DNA from: Thermodesulfobacteriota bacterium
GTDB taxonomy: Bacteria > Desulfobacterota_D > UBA1144 > Nemesobacterales > Mycalebacteriaceae
Assembly (NCBI GenBank): GCA_965226585.1
Contig: OZ245366.1
Coordinates: forward strand, 768,001 to 832,000
DNA: 64,000 nt
Reading direction: 5' to 3'
Shown: positions 9,435-19,364 of the stretch, piece after piece
Position numbering within the stretch: the stretch's first letter is position 1
How the letters are laid out: every line of letters begins with the position of its first letter
Position numbers and translations under genes: made by a program
The notes under the pieces: generated by a model
Databases searched by the model: none
Told to the model about the DNA's origin: nothing
What the model saw: the letters and a program-made list of their open reading frames with translations, nothing else

Positions 9435-12400
9435 TTGTCTAAAAATTTAATCTTATTACTCACCCTGCTTTCTCTCTTATTTACTTTTTTCACGCCATCT
9501 TCTTATGCGCAGGAACCAGGAGTCTGCTCCTACCTCATAGTAAACGGATACAGTCAACCTCGACTCTTTACCGATTGTCCCCGCACGGACGGAAACACAT
9601 ACCTCACCATTTTTGCAAGCGATGAGTTTCCCATAACTTCAACTAATGCCGCTATTTCGTACTACCCCACCCAAGCGGGCGCAAATGTAGACATTCACCT
9701 TGGAGGTGTAAGTATCACAACAGTACAACCAGACGGAGAATCTATATTTATCAACACCCCGGGGAACGCCCTTTTAGAAGTCGAGGACAGCGCGTTTATC
9801 ATCAAACGCGGAACCGGCGGAAATGTTGTTACCATCACAGCCGGAACGGGTGATGTGGATATGGATATTCACAACAACTCAAAAGTTCAAATTGAATCAA
9901 TCGGCGGAAACGGAATTGTCGCATCAAGCGAAAGCGGAAATGTGTTTGCGGACTTCTCCAATCAGGGGAGAATCTATTCAGTCCAAGATGACGCAACCGG
10001 GTTTATCGCGACAACCAACGGCGGTGAAATCAGCGCGAATTTTGACGGTTTGTATTCAAGAATACTTATGTACCCCGTAGGCAATCACGGTGGCTCATCA
10101 GACGCCAAAGGCGCGACACTTACATCCACAAGCGGCAATATAGGTGTTTTACTGACAAACTCCTCGGCAATCCTCGCCCCGTCTCTGGGAGATTCCCACG
10201 GCTTGGAGGCGGTAACGGGAGGGGACGGCGACATAAACATACATTTGCAAAATGGAAACGCCTGCATAGTCGGCAGAAACGGGGCTATAGCCAATACTGT
10301 TGACGGCGACATAAACATATATCTGTCAGACGCTCTTATTCGCGGCAGGGGCACAGGCGGACGGGCTTTGAATGCAACATCTACAAACGGAGATATTACA
10401 ATCACAGGCGATGGCACGGGCAACATTGCCTCTGTTGCTGGTAACGGCGTTTATCTTGACACCGATGGCGAGGCAAGCATCAGCAATATTGATATATGGA
10501 CGCAAGGTGATGGCGGCACAACAATAGAATCGGTGAGCGGCTTGCGTGTAGTATCGGGAAATATCTGGGCTAACGGTTCGGGCGGCAATACGGTGGAAGC
10601 GGGAACGGTGACTATGTCGGGCGGAGATATTTTTACGACAGTCCATAACGGCAATGTGGTGGTTGCCCAAGCGGTGGATATATCGGGCGGAGGGATTTGG
10701 ATGCTCAGAGGCGGTTCATCAGAGAGCATTTTCAGTACCGCCGTGCTTCTCAGAAACGAAGACGGGCAAGCGGAATTGACGGTTGGAGGAAGCGCGATTG
10801 TGTGCGGCGGTGCGCTTTCGGGCATAATCTGCACGGCAAGCGACTATGGCTATGCCGTGCGTGCTGAGACCCCGGCGGCGACCTATGGCACAACGATAAC
10901 AACCGAACCCACCGGCAATATAACGGGCAGAATTGGGCTTTCTAACAACAACGATGTTTTCTACAACAACGGCTCTTTCACCGGACACGGAAACACCAGA
11001 GCCGGTGATGACAGGGTTGAAAACAAAGGAACCTTCACCCTGACTGGAGATTTTGAAATGGGTGAAGGCGATGACACTTTTGAAAACAAAGACAGTGGAA
11101 TGGTAGTTTATGGCAACCACTCAATAATCGCAGAAACCAAGCCTGACCCACCCTCCACGCAACAATCATCCCCTTCCCGTCATTCCGCATCCTCTCCTTC
11201 CCGTCATTCCGTGCTTGACACGGAATCCAGTATTCAACTGGCTAACCAATACTGGATTCCTGCTTCCGCAGGAATGACGGAGGGGGCGGGAAACAGCCGT
11301 TTCCGCCTCTCCGCATCAGACCTCGCCCCTGAAGACACAACCGCAACCATAAACTTCGGCGGTGGCGATGACCATTTCATAAACAACGGCACAATCATAA
11401 TTCAAGACACAGGCGGCTTTGCGGGACTGGAGAAAATAACCTTTGGTGAAAATTCAACAGTAATGGTTACCGCAGACTCTGCCGAAATGACGACAGACAA
11501 ACCCCTCATAGAACTTGAAGGCGAGATAACCGCAGAGGATGTTAAAGACCTAAATATAAAATTAGCCAACCCTGAAAGACATTCAGACGAGTTTTCATTA
11601 TTCAGCGAAACCGCCCTTCCTGATAATGAAGCCGGAAGGCAAGCGGTATTGAGCATGATAAGCGGCGGTCTTGGTGAAGGCAGTAGTGCGGGGGTGGATT
11701 CAAACGGCAACATATTTGTTGTGCTTGCCAATTCTGTCCACTTTAACTACCTGAGAAACTATGACGCAATGATCCAATCCGCTTACCACTCAGACACAAG
11801 TTTCTCAGAAAAACTGCGTGGCAGTTGTTACGGCGGAGAAGCGGAGACGCAAGATTTACGCGGCGGCTGTCTCTGGGCAGACGCAGGAAGCCGTCACACA
11901 CGGCACGATACAAAGGTTAAATACGGAGAAGATGCTTATGTATTTGCCGGAGGTTTTTCCATCCCCGCCGGGCAGTCTGCCATATCAATCGGCGCGGGTT
12001 ATGAAACATCAGACTTTAATGCCGGAACAGACACAAACGCATCGGGTGAGCGTTTCATGGCAGGATTATCAGTAGCGGGTGAGATTTGGAAAAGAATTAT
12101 CGCAGACGCAAGAACACAGTTTGCAAAAGCGGCATGGGAATCAACATCCGCAAGGGGAGAAGATGCCTACTCCGCAAAGACAAATATAACAACATGGTCT
12201 GCCGCAATAGGGGCGGAAATGCCGTTTTTCCCCGGTGGTGTATTTATGGTGGTTCCGCGTCTTGAGGCGGGAGTAGCCCGTGTATCTGCGGACAGTTTTA
12301 CAGAAACCGGAGATATGCCTCTTTCTGTTGAAGGATTATCACAAACATATTTGCGTGTAACCCCATCGGTAACGGCTTACGCTCCCGCAGGGGAAAGTAT

Positions 12401-12653
12401 AAATATGTGGATGACCGCCGGGGCAGACGCTCATTTAACAGACCCCAAGACAGACTTAAAAGCCGCTTTTTCCCCTGATGACCCGGTAAATACAAAAGGC
12501 GGACTTGAACGCATAAACATAAGATACAGCGCGGGTGCAGAGGTAAATCCGTTAAAAGGTATAAGTGTTCGTGTGGCTTATAGCGGCGGGGTTTCCACTA
12601 CCTTTGATACGCTTACGCAGACATTCACGGCAAGGTTCGGAGTGGCGTTTTAA
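9435..12653 (+). CDS. Autotransporter-like adhesin 2
   Basis: GAGGA RBS, signal peptide ending SSYA, blocks paralogous to 3750-9407 and 62181-64000, C-terminus RFGVAF. Confidence 0.8.
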   Translation: MSKNLILLLTLLSLLFTFFTPSSYAQEPGVCSYLIVNGYSQPRLFTDCPRTDGNTYLTIFASDEFPITSTNAAISYYPTQAGANVDIHLGGVSITTVQPDGESIFINTPGNALLEVEDSAFIIKRGTGGNVVTITAGTGDVDMDIHNNSKVQIESIGGNGIVASSESGNVFADFSNQGRIYSVQDDATGFIATTNGGEISANFDGLYSRILMYPVGNHGGSSDAKGATLTSTSGNIGVLLTNSSAILAPSLGDSHGLEAVTGGDGDINIHLQNGNACIVGRNGAIANTVDGDINIYLSDALIRGRGTGGRALNATSTNGDITITGDGTGNIASVAGNGVYLDTDGEASISNIDIWTQGDGGTTIESVSGLRVVSGNIWANGSGGNTVEAGTVTMSGGDIFTTVHNGNVVVAQAVDISGGGIWMLRGGSSESIFSTAVLLRNEDGQAELTVGGSAIVCGGALSGIICTASDYGYAVRAETPAATYGTTITTEPTGNITGRIGLSNNNDVFYNNGSFTGHGNTRAGDDRVENKGTFTLTGDFEMGEGDDTFENKDSGMVVYGNHSIIAETKPDPPSTQQSSPSRHSASSPSRHSVLDTESSIQLANQYWIPASAGMTEGAGNSRFRLSASDLAPEDTTATINFGGGDDHFINNGTIIIQDTGGFAGLEKITFGENSTVMVTADSAEMTTDKPLIELEGEITAEDVKDLNIKLANPERHSDEFSLFSETALPDNEAGRQAVLSMISGGLGEGSSAGVDSNGNIFVVLANSVHFNYLRNYDAMIQSAYHSDTSFSEKLRGSCYGGEAETQDLRGGCLWADAGSRHTRHDTKVKYGEDAYVFAGGFSIPAGQSAISIGAGYETSDFNAGTDTNASGERFMAGLSVAGEIWKRIIADARTQFAKAAWESTSARGEDAYSAKTNITTWSAAIGAEMPFFPGGVFMVVPRLEAGVARVSADSFTETGDMPLSVEGLSQTYLRVTPSVTAYAPAGESINMWMTAGADAHLTDPKTDLKAAFSPDDPVNTKGGLERINIRYSAGAEVNPLKGISVRVAYSGGVSTTFDTLTQTFTARFGVAF
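11201..11280. repeat. 80-bp REP-like inverted doublet inside autotransporter 2
   Basis: Identical to the intergenic copy at 12761-12840; translated as RHSVLDTESSIQLANQYWIPASAGMT. Confidence 0.95.
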
Positions 12654-13168
12654 TACTGGATTCCTGCTTTCGCAGGAATTACGAGGGAAGGGCAAGGAAT
12701 GACGGAGGGGCAACGGAATAACGCTTCTCACCACTCCGTCATTCCGTTCCTGTCCCCTTCCCGTCATTCCGTGCTTGACACGGAATCCAGTATTCAACTG
12801 GCTAACCAATACTGGATTCCTGCTTCCGCAGGAATGACGGGGAAAGAGGAATGACGGGGAAGGGGCAACGGAATAACGCTTCTCACCACTCCGTCATTCC
12901 GTGTTTGTCTCCTTCCCGTCATTCCGTGCTTGACACGGAATCCAGTATTCAACTGGTTAGTTAATACTGGGTTCCTGCTTCCGCAGGAATGACGGGGAAA
13001 GAGGAATGACGGAGAGGGCAACGGAATAACGCTTCTCACCACTCCGTCATTCCGTGTTTGTCTCCTTCCCGTCATTCCGTGCTTGACACGGAATCCAGTA
13101 TTCAACTGGTTAGTTAATACTGGGTTCCTGCTTCCGCAGGAATGACGGGGAAAGAGGAATGACGGGGT
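12651..13168. repeat. Tandem array (about 3.3 units of 153-156 bp) of CGTC-type palindromic doublets, BIME/REPIN-like
   Basis: AATACTGG anchor at 12652, 12808, 12963, 13116; each unit has GTCATTCCGTGCTTGACACGGAATCCAG, an inverted hairpin variant, and extra GGAATGACG/CGTCATTCC half-sites. Confidence 0.95.
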
Positions 13169-13239
13169 GACAACCGATGAAGGTTTAACATAGCAGGAAA
13201 AAGCATAAGTGGTATTGTTAAAGGGTGTGTTGTCTGCGT

Positions 13240-15801
13240 ATGAGTTTTTTAAGACAAATTAGAAAAGTTTTACTGTTGTTTGTTCTGTGCGTTCCGGTGG
13301 CTTTGTCGGCGTGCGGAGGAGGCAGTGGCGGCGGTTCGACTGTTGTGCCCCCGACTGCGCCAAGTGATGCCCCCCTTGCCGGTATCATCCAGATAGACCC
13401 CGCAGACAATCCGGGACCTGTGCCCGCCGCCGCGCCCGAGCCTTTGCTTTCCACAAATTCCGGGGCTGAAAGCGAATACGCATCTCTTGCGAGCATGGAT
13501 TACTATTTTTTCAGGCATATCAATCTGGCAAAGGCGTATTCCAATATCTACTCTCAAAACACCGATGCCGGGGGGCGTCCGGGAATGGGGGCGCGAATCG
13601 GTTTTATTGACACGGGCATTGACACCGCGCATCCGTCTTTCGCGGGCAAGAATATAGACGTGTTTCTGGGGAGGATTAGCGACGATCAGGTGCCGATAGT
13701 TCCCGTTTCAGGGTATATACCTGATGGCGGAGCCGACCACGGCACTGCTGTTGCCGGTATCGCGGCGGGTATTCCGGCTACTTTCGGGGATGGCAACACC
13801 AATTATTCATTTCAGGGAGTCGCCCCCGATGCAGATATTACCATGCTTGCCATCCTTCTCGGCACAGGCGGCGGAACGATAACAGTTCGCTCACAGGATT
13901 ATTTTCTCAATAGAAGCTGTGTAAATCCCCCATGCACTCTGGACTACCATCTGGCGCATTTGTTCAGATTTATGCTCACTCCGGAAAGAAACATTGATGC
14001 GCTTAACAACAGTTTCGGGATTTCCGGCAACATTGAAGACTTTACCGAAGAGGGGCTTCGCCGCCTTCTGCCCGGAACCATTGCCGCGCTTGAGCAGATT
14101 GACAGAGGCGGAGACGGACGGGAGGAAAAAGCCGTTATTGTCTGGGCGGCGGGAAATCACGACAATCAACTTTGCACGGGAGACGCGCCCAGTTGCATCT
14201 CCGCTACGGGGAGATTCAACGGCAGTTCGCCTCTTCCATTTTCCGCGCTTATGGCAAGGATAGAGGAACTGCGTGAAGTTTCAGTTGTCGTTATATCGAC
14301 AAGCAGTTCGGGCGGGCGCGCCAGTTTTTCACATAAATGCGGCATTGCGGCGCAGTGGTGTATCGCGGCTCCGGGAATTTCCATTACGGTTCCCTCTTCA
14401 GCCAGAGGAGGGGGTTCTTCCGCCGTAAGCCGGTCTATAGCGTCAGCGCAAGGCACTTCAGTTTCCGCGCCGATTGTTGCGGGAAGCATCGCCCTGCTGA
14501 AACAGATGTTTCGCGGGCAGATGACAAATGTGGAGTTGCTCAACCGGCTGTTTGAGACGGCGGATAAAACGGGCTTTTACGCTCCCGACACCGATGTTGA
14601 CGGAGACGGCACAAACGATGTTTCTTCAATCTACGGACAGGGTCTCCTTGATGTGGGAGCCGCCACAGAGCCGGTGGGGGATGTGATGGTTGCCCGCGCC
14701 GGAGCCGGTTCCGTGGGAGCCGGGGAAGGGCTGTTTTCTTCGCTTTACGATACGGCAATGCTGCCCGCACGCCCGTTTGGCGACTCGGTTCAAAACGCCT
14801 TTGACGGAAAGGAAATAGTGGCGTTTGATTCTCTCGGCGCGCCGTTCTGGGTTCCCGCAGGCGCGCTTACCTCTTCGCAACAGACCGGGTTTCTCGGCTC
14901 TCAACTGCGGGGATTTATGGATTTTCCCTCAAACGGAATGTTGCCGGACGGCGCGATTTCGCAAAGCCGTTTTATAAAAGCGAAGTTCACGCAAAAGCCG
15001 CGTTTTGAAGGCGCGGGCGGAGGCGGCTCCCCGTCCGGTTTAGGTCTTTCCACAGCCGGTGTTCCAACCGTCTATGCCTCGGTGGACGGCTCTCCGGTAA
15101 CGTTTTCGTCAAAAACTTCTCATCTGGATTTTGTGAGAAATCAGTCGTCTCTCGGCATCCGCTATGAAAACGGCTTTGGTCTTTCCGCTTTTGCTTCCGC
15201 CGCTCAAGAGGAGAGAGCCGTGTCGGGAGCGGTTTTTTCATACCGCCCGTCCGGGCTTCCGTTCGGTGTGCGTTCGGGCTGGATAGTGGAAGAGGATTCG
15301 GTGTTCGGCGGCTACACAGCGGGAGCGTTCGGCTCAACCGGCGCGGTTACGGGATTTGCCGGAGTGGAGTTTGAACGCTCTTTCGGAAACTGGCGTATTT
15401 TCGCGGATGCCGAAGCGGGCTCCGTTTCCGCAAGCGCGGGCAATGGTCTTATAGGCGATATGTCGGGCATTGTAACAGCCGCTTTCGGGGCGGGAGTTGT
15501 CCGCAGTTTTTCAGGCGGCTCGCTGGTACACATCTCGGCGCGCTCACCGCTTCGCGTTGAAAGGGGCGGGATAACGCTGAACCTTCCGGCGGGACGCACA
15601 CAGCGGGGGGCGATTACGCGGGATTTGGTAACGGCGGGGCTTTCACCATCGGGCAGACAGGTGGACTTGGGGGCGCGGGCGGTTGTGCCGGTTTCTGTGG
15701 GAGCAGTTAGCGTGGGAGCGGTTTTAAGCCGCCATCCGGGGCACAACGAATCGGCGGCTCCGTCTTATTCCCTTCTTGCCGGATACTCATTCGGGTTCTG
15801 A
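13240..15801 (+). CDS. Lipoprotein subtilisin-like (S8) serine peptidase with C-terminal beta-barrel
   Basis: Lipobox LSA-C; triad motifs IDTG, DHGTAVAG, GTSVSAP; WAAGN oxyanion motif; C-terminus GYSFGF. Confidence 0.85.
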   Translation: MSFLRQIRKVLLLFVLCVPVALSACGGGSGGGSTVVPPTAPSDAPLAGIIQIDPADNPGPVPAAAPEPLLSTNSGAESEYASLASMDYYFFRHINLAKAYSNIYSQNTDAGGRPGMGARIGFIDTGIDTAHPSFAGKNIDVFLGRISDDQVPIVPVSGYIPDGGADHGTAVAGIAAGIPATFGDGNTNYSFQGVAPDADITMLAILLGTGGGTITVRSQDYFLNRSCVNPPCTLDYHLAHLFRFMLTPERNIDALNNSFGISGNIEDFTEEGLRRLLPGTIAALEQIDRGGDGREEKAVIVWAAGNHDNQLCTGDAPSCISATGRFNGSSPLPFSALMARIEELREVSVVVISTSSSGGRASFSHKCGIAAQWCIAAPGISITVPSSARGGGSSAVSRSIASAQGTSVSAPIVAGSIALLKQMFRGQMTNVELLNRLFETADKTGFYAPDTDVDGDGTNDVSSIYGQGLLDVGAATEPVGDVMVARAGAGSVGAGEGLFSSLYDTAMLPARPFGDSVQNAFDGKEIVAFDSLGAPFWVPAGALTSSQQTGFLGSQLRGFMDFPSNGMLPDGAISQSRFIKAKFTQKPRFEGAGGGGSPSGLGLSTAGVPTVYASVDGSPVTFSSKTSHLDFVRNQSSLGIRYENGFGLSAFASAAQEERAVSGAVFSYRPSGLPFGVRSGWIVEEDSVFGGYTAGAFGSTGAVTGFAGVEFERSFGNWRIFADAEAGSVSASAGNGLIGDMSGIVTAAFGAGVVRSFSGGSLVHISARSPLRVERGGITLNLPAGRTQRGAITRDLVTAGLSPSGRQVDLGARAVVPVSVGAVSVGAVLSRHPGHNESAAPSYSLLAGYSFGF

Positions 15802-15811
15802 AAACCCGCCC

Positions 15812-18385
15812 TTATTTGAAACTGAAACTGAAACCCTTCGCGCCCGCGCCAACCTTTACGGTGTCTCCCTTGTCAAGCTTCTTTTCAAGCAAAAGTTTTG
15901 CCACCGGGTCTTCAATCTCTCTGCGTATCACCCTTTTAAGAGGCCTTGCTCCGAACTCCGGGTCGTAGCCCATTTCGGTAAGTTTTTCCTTCGCGCCGTC
16001 CGTTATCTCAAGACCGGCTCCCTTTTCCTCAAGCCGCCCGCGCAATATGGCTGTCTGGATTTCAACAATCTTCTTAATCTCCGCCTTTGAGAGCGGCTTG
16101 AAGATGATGGTTTCATCAATGCGGTTCAAAAACTCAGGGCGGAAAGCCTCTTTCATCGCCTGCGCCGCCATTTCGCGCGTTTTTTCTTCATCGCCCGCGT
16201 TTTCCTGAATCGCGCGGCTTCCGAGGTTTGAAGTCATTATTATCACGCAGTTGCGGAAATTGACCGTTCTTCCCTGTCCGTCCGTCAGCCGCCCGTCGTC
16301 AAGTATCTGGAGCAGAACATTGAAAACATCTGCGTGCGCTTTTTCAATCTCGTCAAGCAGAACAACCGAGTAGGGGCGTCTTCTGACCGCTTCGGTAAGT
16401 TGCCCGCCTTCGTCATATCCCACATATCCCGGCGGCGCTCCAATCAGGCGCGAAACCGAGTGCTTTTCCATGTATTCGCTCATGTCAATGCGGACGATGT
16501 TGTTTTCATCGTCAAACATAAACTCCGCGAGAGAGCGCGCCAGTTCGGTTTTTCCGACACCCGTGGGACCCAGAAATATCAGCGAGCCGATGGGCTTTGC
16601 CGGGTCTGAAAGCCCGGTTCTTGAGCGTCTAATCGTGTTTGAAACCGCCTCAATGGCTTCTGTCTGCCCGATAACTCTGCGAGACAGGTTTTTCTCCATT
16701 CCAAGAAGTTTCTCCGTTTCCCCTTCAATCAGTTTCGACACCGGTATTCCCGTCCACTTTGACACAACTTCCGCTATGTCTTCCGTGCCGACTTCCTCGG
16801 TAAGCATTGAGTTTCCCGCGCTTTCTTTTTCGCTGTCTTCCAGTTTCGCCTCAAGTTCGGGCAGTTTGCCGTAAAGGATTTCAGACGCGGCGGAGAGGTT
16901 GCCGTCTCTCTGGGCTTTTTCCGCCTCCGTTCGCGCGGCGTCTATCTCTCTTTTGATTTTCTTTATCTCAGAAACGCGCCCCTTTTCCTTCTCCCACGAG
17001 GCGGTGAGTTCGGTGAGATTTTCATTCAAGTTGGAGATTTTTTCCTCCATCTCGTCCAATTTGCCGTCTTCGCTTTCCTTGCCCGCCTCTCTTTTTACGC
17101 TTTCGCGCTCCATTTCAAGTTGCATAACCTTGCGGCGCGCTTCATCCACTTCGGAGGGCATGGAGTCAATCTCCATTTTGATTTTTGCCGCAGCCTCGTC
17201 AATCAGGTCAACGGCTTTGTCGGGCAGAAAACGCCCGGTTATGTAGCGGTCTGAAAGATGCGCGGCGGCGATAAGGGCTTCGTCCCTGATTCTCACCCCG
17301 TGATGCGCCTCGTATTTTTCGTTCAGTCCGCGCAGAATGGAAATGGTGTCTTCAACCGAAGGCTCGTCAACATAAACCTGCTGAAACCTTCTCTCAAAAG
17401 CCGCGTCTTTTTCTATGTTCGTTCTGAACTCGTCAAGCGTGGTGGCTCCCACACAGCGCAACTCGCCTCTGGCAAGCGCGGGTTTAAGCATATTTGAAGC
17501 GTCCATTGCCCCGTCCGCTCCGCCCGCGCCCACAACGGTGTGAATCTCGTCTATAAACAGAACAACCTCCCCGTCAGAATCCGCCACTTCCGAGAGAACC
17601 GCTTTAAGCCGCTCCTCAAACTGCCCCCTGTATTTCGCGCCCGCAACCAGCGCGCCCATGTCAAGGGCTATGAGCGTTTTGTCTTCAAGCCCTTCGGGAA
17701 CGTCTCCGTCAACAATTCTTTGCGCGAGCCCTTCAACAATGGCGGTTTTTCCCACGCCCGGCTCGCCTATGAGGACGGGGTTGTTTTTTGTGCGCCGCAG
17801 AAGAACCTGAATCACGCGCCGGATTTCCTCGTCTCTTCCGATGACCGGGTCAATCTTTCCCTCCCGCGCCAGAGCCGTGAGATCGTTGCCGTATTTCTCA
17901 AGCGACTGGAAAGTGTCTTCGGGGGATTCTCCCGTAACTTTGCGTCCGCCGCGCAATTCGGTAACGGCTTTCTCAACGGCTTTTTTGTCAATCTGCGCTT
18001 GAGAGAGCGCGGTTTTCAGTTCGCCCTGCGCGGAAGATACGATGCCAATCAGCAGGTGTTCCGTGCTTATGTATTCATCGCCCATCTCGCGAGCCGACTC
18101 TTCCGCCGCTCTAATCGCGGATGACAGTTCTTTGCTCACATATTGCTCTGTGCCCGGTGCTTCAACGGCGGGCAGTTTTTCGATGTCGTTTTCCGCCGCC
18201 CGGACGATTTGCGCTGTGTCTGCGCCGAGTTTGCTCAAAATGCCGGACGGTATTCCGCTTTCATCGGAAAGCAGAGACGCCGCGAGGTGGGGCAAGTCGA
18301 TTCCCTGATTGTTTCCGCTTTGCGCCCGCTCGCGCGCAGATGCTATTGCCTCTTGCGCTTTGATTGTGAATTTGCCGTTTTGCAT
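15812..18385 (-). CDS. clpB: ATP-dependent chaperone ClpB
   Basis: Clp N domain, GEPGVGKT and GPTGVGKT Walker A motifs, long coiled-coil M domain, 857 aa. Confidence 0.95.
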   Translation of the reverse strand: MQNGKFTIKAQEAIASARERAQSGNNQGIDLPHLAASLLSDESGIPSGILSKLGADTAQIVRAAENDIEKLPAVEAPGTEQYVSKELSSAIRAAEESAREMGDEYISTEHLLIGIVSSAQGELKTALSQAQIDKKAVEKAVTELRGGRKVTGESPEDTFQSLEKYGNDLTALAREGKIDPVIGRDEEIRRVIQVLLRRTKNNPVLIGEPGVGKTAIVEGLAQRIVDGDVPEGLEDKTLIALDMGALVAGAKYRGQFEERLKAVLSEVADSDGEVVLFIDEIHTVVGAGGADGAMDASNMLKPALARGELRCVGATTLDEFRTNIEKDAAFERRFQQVYVDEPSVEDTISILRGLNEKYEAHHGVRIRDEALIAAAHLSDRYITGRFLPDKAVDLIDEAAAKIKMEIDSMPSEVDEARRKVMQLEMERESVKREAGKESEDGKLDEMEEKISNLNENLTELTASWEKEKGRVSEIKKIKREIDAARTEAEKAQRDGNLSAASEILYGKLPELEAKLEDSEKESAGNSMLTEEVGTEDIAEVVSKWTGIPVSKLIEGETEKLLGMEKNLSRRVIGQTEAIEAVSNTIRRSRTGLSDPAKPIGSLIFLGPTGVGKTELARSLAEFMFDDENNIVRIDMSEYMEKHSVSRLIGAPPGYVGYDEGGQLTEAVRRRPYSVVLLDEIEKAHADVFNVLLQILDDGRLTDGQGRTVNFRNCVIIMTSNLGSRAIQENAGDEEKTREMAAQAMKEAFRPEFLNRIDETIIFKPLSKAEIKKIVEIQTAILRGRLEEKGAGLEITDGAKEKLTEMGYDPEFGARPLKRVIRREIEDPVAKLLLEKKLDKGDTVKVGAGAKGFSFSFK

Positions 18386-18487
18386 AATTGTTTCTCCGCT
18401 ATTTAAGATATGAACCGCCGCGCTCTGCGCAAGTAAATTTTTTGCTTCCGGTTGATTTAACCCCTCGCCTGATGTTAGGATTTCCGG

Positions 18488-19342
18488 ATGTTTTACTTAT
18501 CACGCTTTACTTTGATTGTGTTGTTTGCCGTCCTTGCTTTCTCCCCCGCAAGCCATTCTCAGGACAGCTCCAAACCTTTTGACGGCTTCTACGGCGGGCT
18601 TGACGCGGCTTTTGTTTCAAACAAAACGGAAGGAACTGTGGGTCCGCTTATGGTTAATGTTGCTACTACAATTCCCACTCAGGAGATGTTGGAAATACCT
18701 GTTTCTGCTCTTCCATTTGGCGGAACTGACAAACTTCCGGGTGGTTCACTGTTCGCGGGATACGGAAAAAGTTTTGGCAGATTTTTCGCCGCGCTTGAAC
18801 TGGCGGGAAGTTACGGAAGCTATGACGACACCAAAGCGTTTGACAGTCCGCATTTTGATTCTGATATAGATGTAACCGCAGGATTTCTGGGGGCGAGCGC
18901 GCGCCTGGGTTTTCTGTTGAGCACAAACTTTATGGTCTATGGAAACGGCGGAGTGGGGAGAAACTGGATTGAAGCGGAGGGCACGGTGAAAACAGCTGAG
19001 TTCCCGCTTGGCGCTTTCCCCGTGCTTCCCTTGACTCTCAATCAGCCCGTTAAAACGGATTTAACTTTTGACGGAATTTCATTTGGCGGCGGTTTGGAAT
19101 ACGCGCTTGAAAATTTGCTGGGGCTTGAAGGCGTCAGAGTTCGCGTTGCCTATACGCGAGTTGAGCAGGGCGAGGAGAGTTTTACATACGCCGACGGTTT
19201 TGCGGGAAAAAATCTCATTAGCGCGGATATTTCTGTAGGTACGGGGAACATTACTGAAATCGAGATTGCCAGTGACAGCGTACCCGCCAAAGCGGACGCT
19301 TCGGTGAATGTAATCTCGTTTGGTCTTTTATACAGTCTCTAA
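18488..19342 (+). CDS. Outer membrane beta-barrel protein (Omp25/OmpA-like family)
   Basis: Signal peptide, FDGFYGG start, ARLG, GGGLEY, amphipathic terminal strand FGLLYSL. Confidence 0.7.
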   Translation: MFYLSRFTLIVLFAVLAFSPASHSQDSSKPFDGFYGGLDAAFVSNKTEGTVGPLMVNVATTIPTQEMLEIPVSALPFGGTDKLPGGSLFAGYGKSFGRFFAALELAGSYGSYDDTKAFDSPHFDSDIDVTAGFLGASARLGFLLSTNFMVYGNGGVGRNWIEAEGTVKTAEFPLGAFPVLPLTLNQPVKTDLTFDGISFGGGLEYALENLLGLEGVRVRVAYTRVEQGEESFTYADGFAGKNLISADISVGTGNITEIEIASDSVPAKADASVNVISFGLLYSL

Positions 19343-19364
19343 ATCAGGTAAATAATCACTCATT

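Noticed and set aside
3750..12653. Diversity-generating retroelement acting on the adhesins
   Set aside because: No reverse transcriptase, and differences between repeats are not adenine-specific
12552..13105. ORFs 12552-12809 and 12794-13105 (also 3450-3692 and 7830-8042)
   Set aside because: These are translations of the palindromic repeat with no independent coding evidence
12651..13168. Possible CRISPR array
   Set aside because: The intervening sequences repeat rather than being unique spacers, the period is about 155 bp, hairpins alternate in orientation, and no cas genes are present
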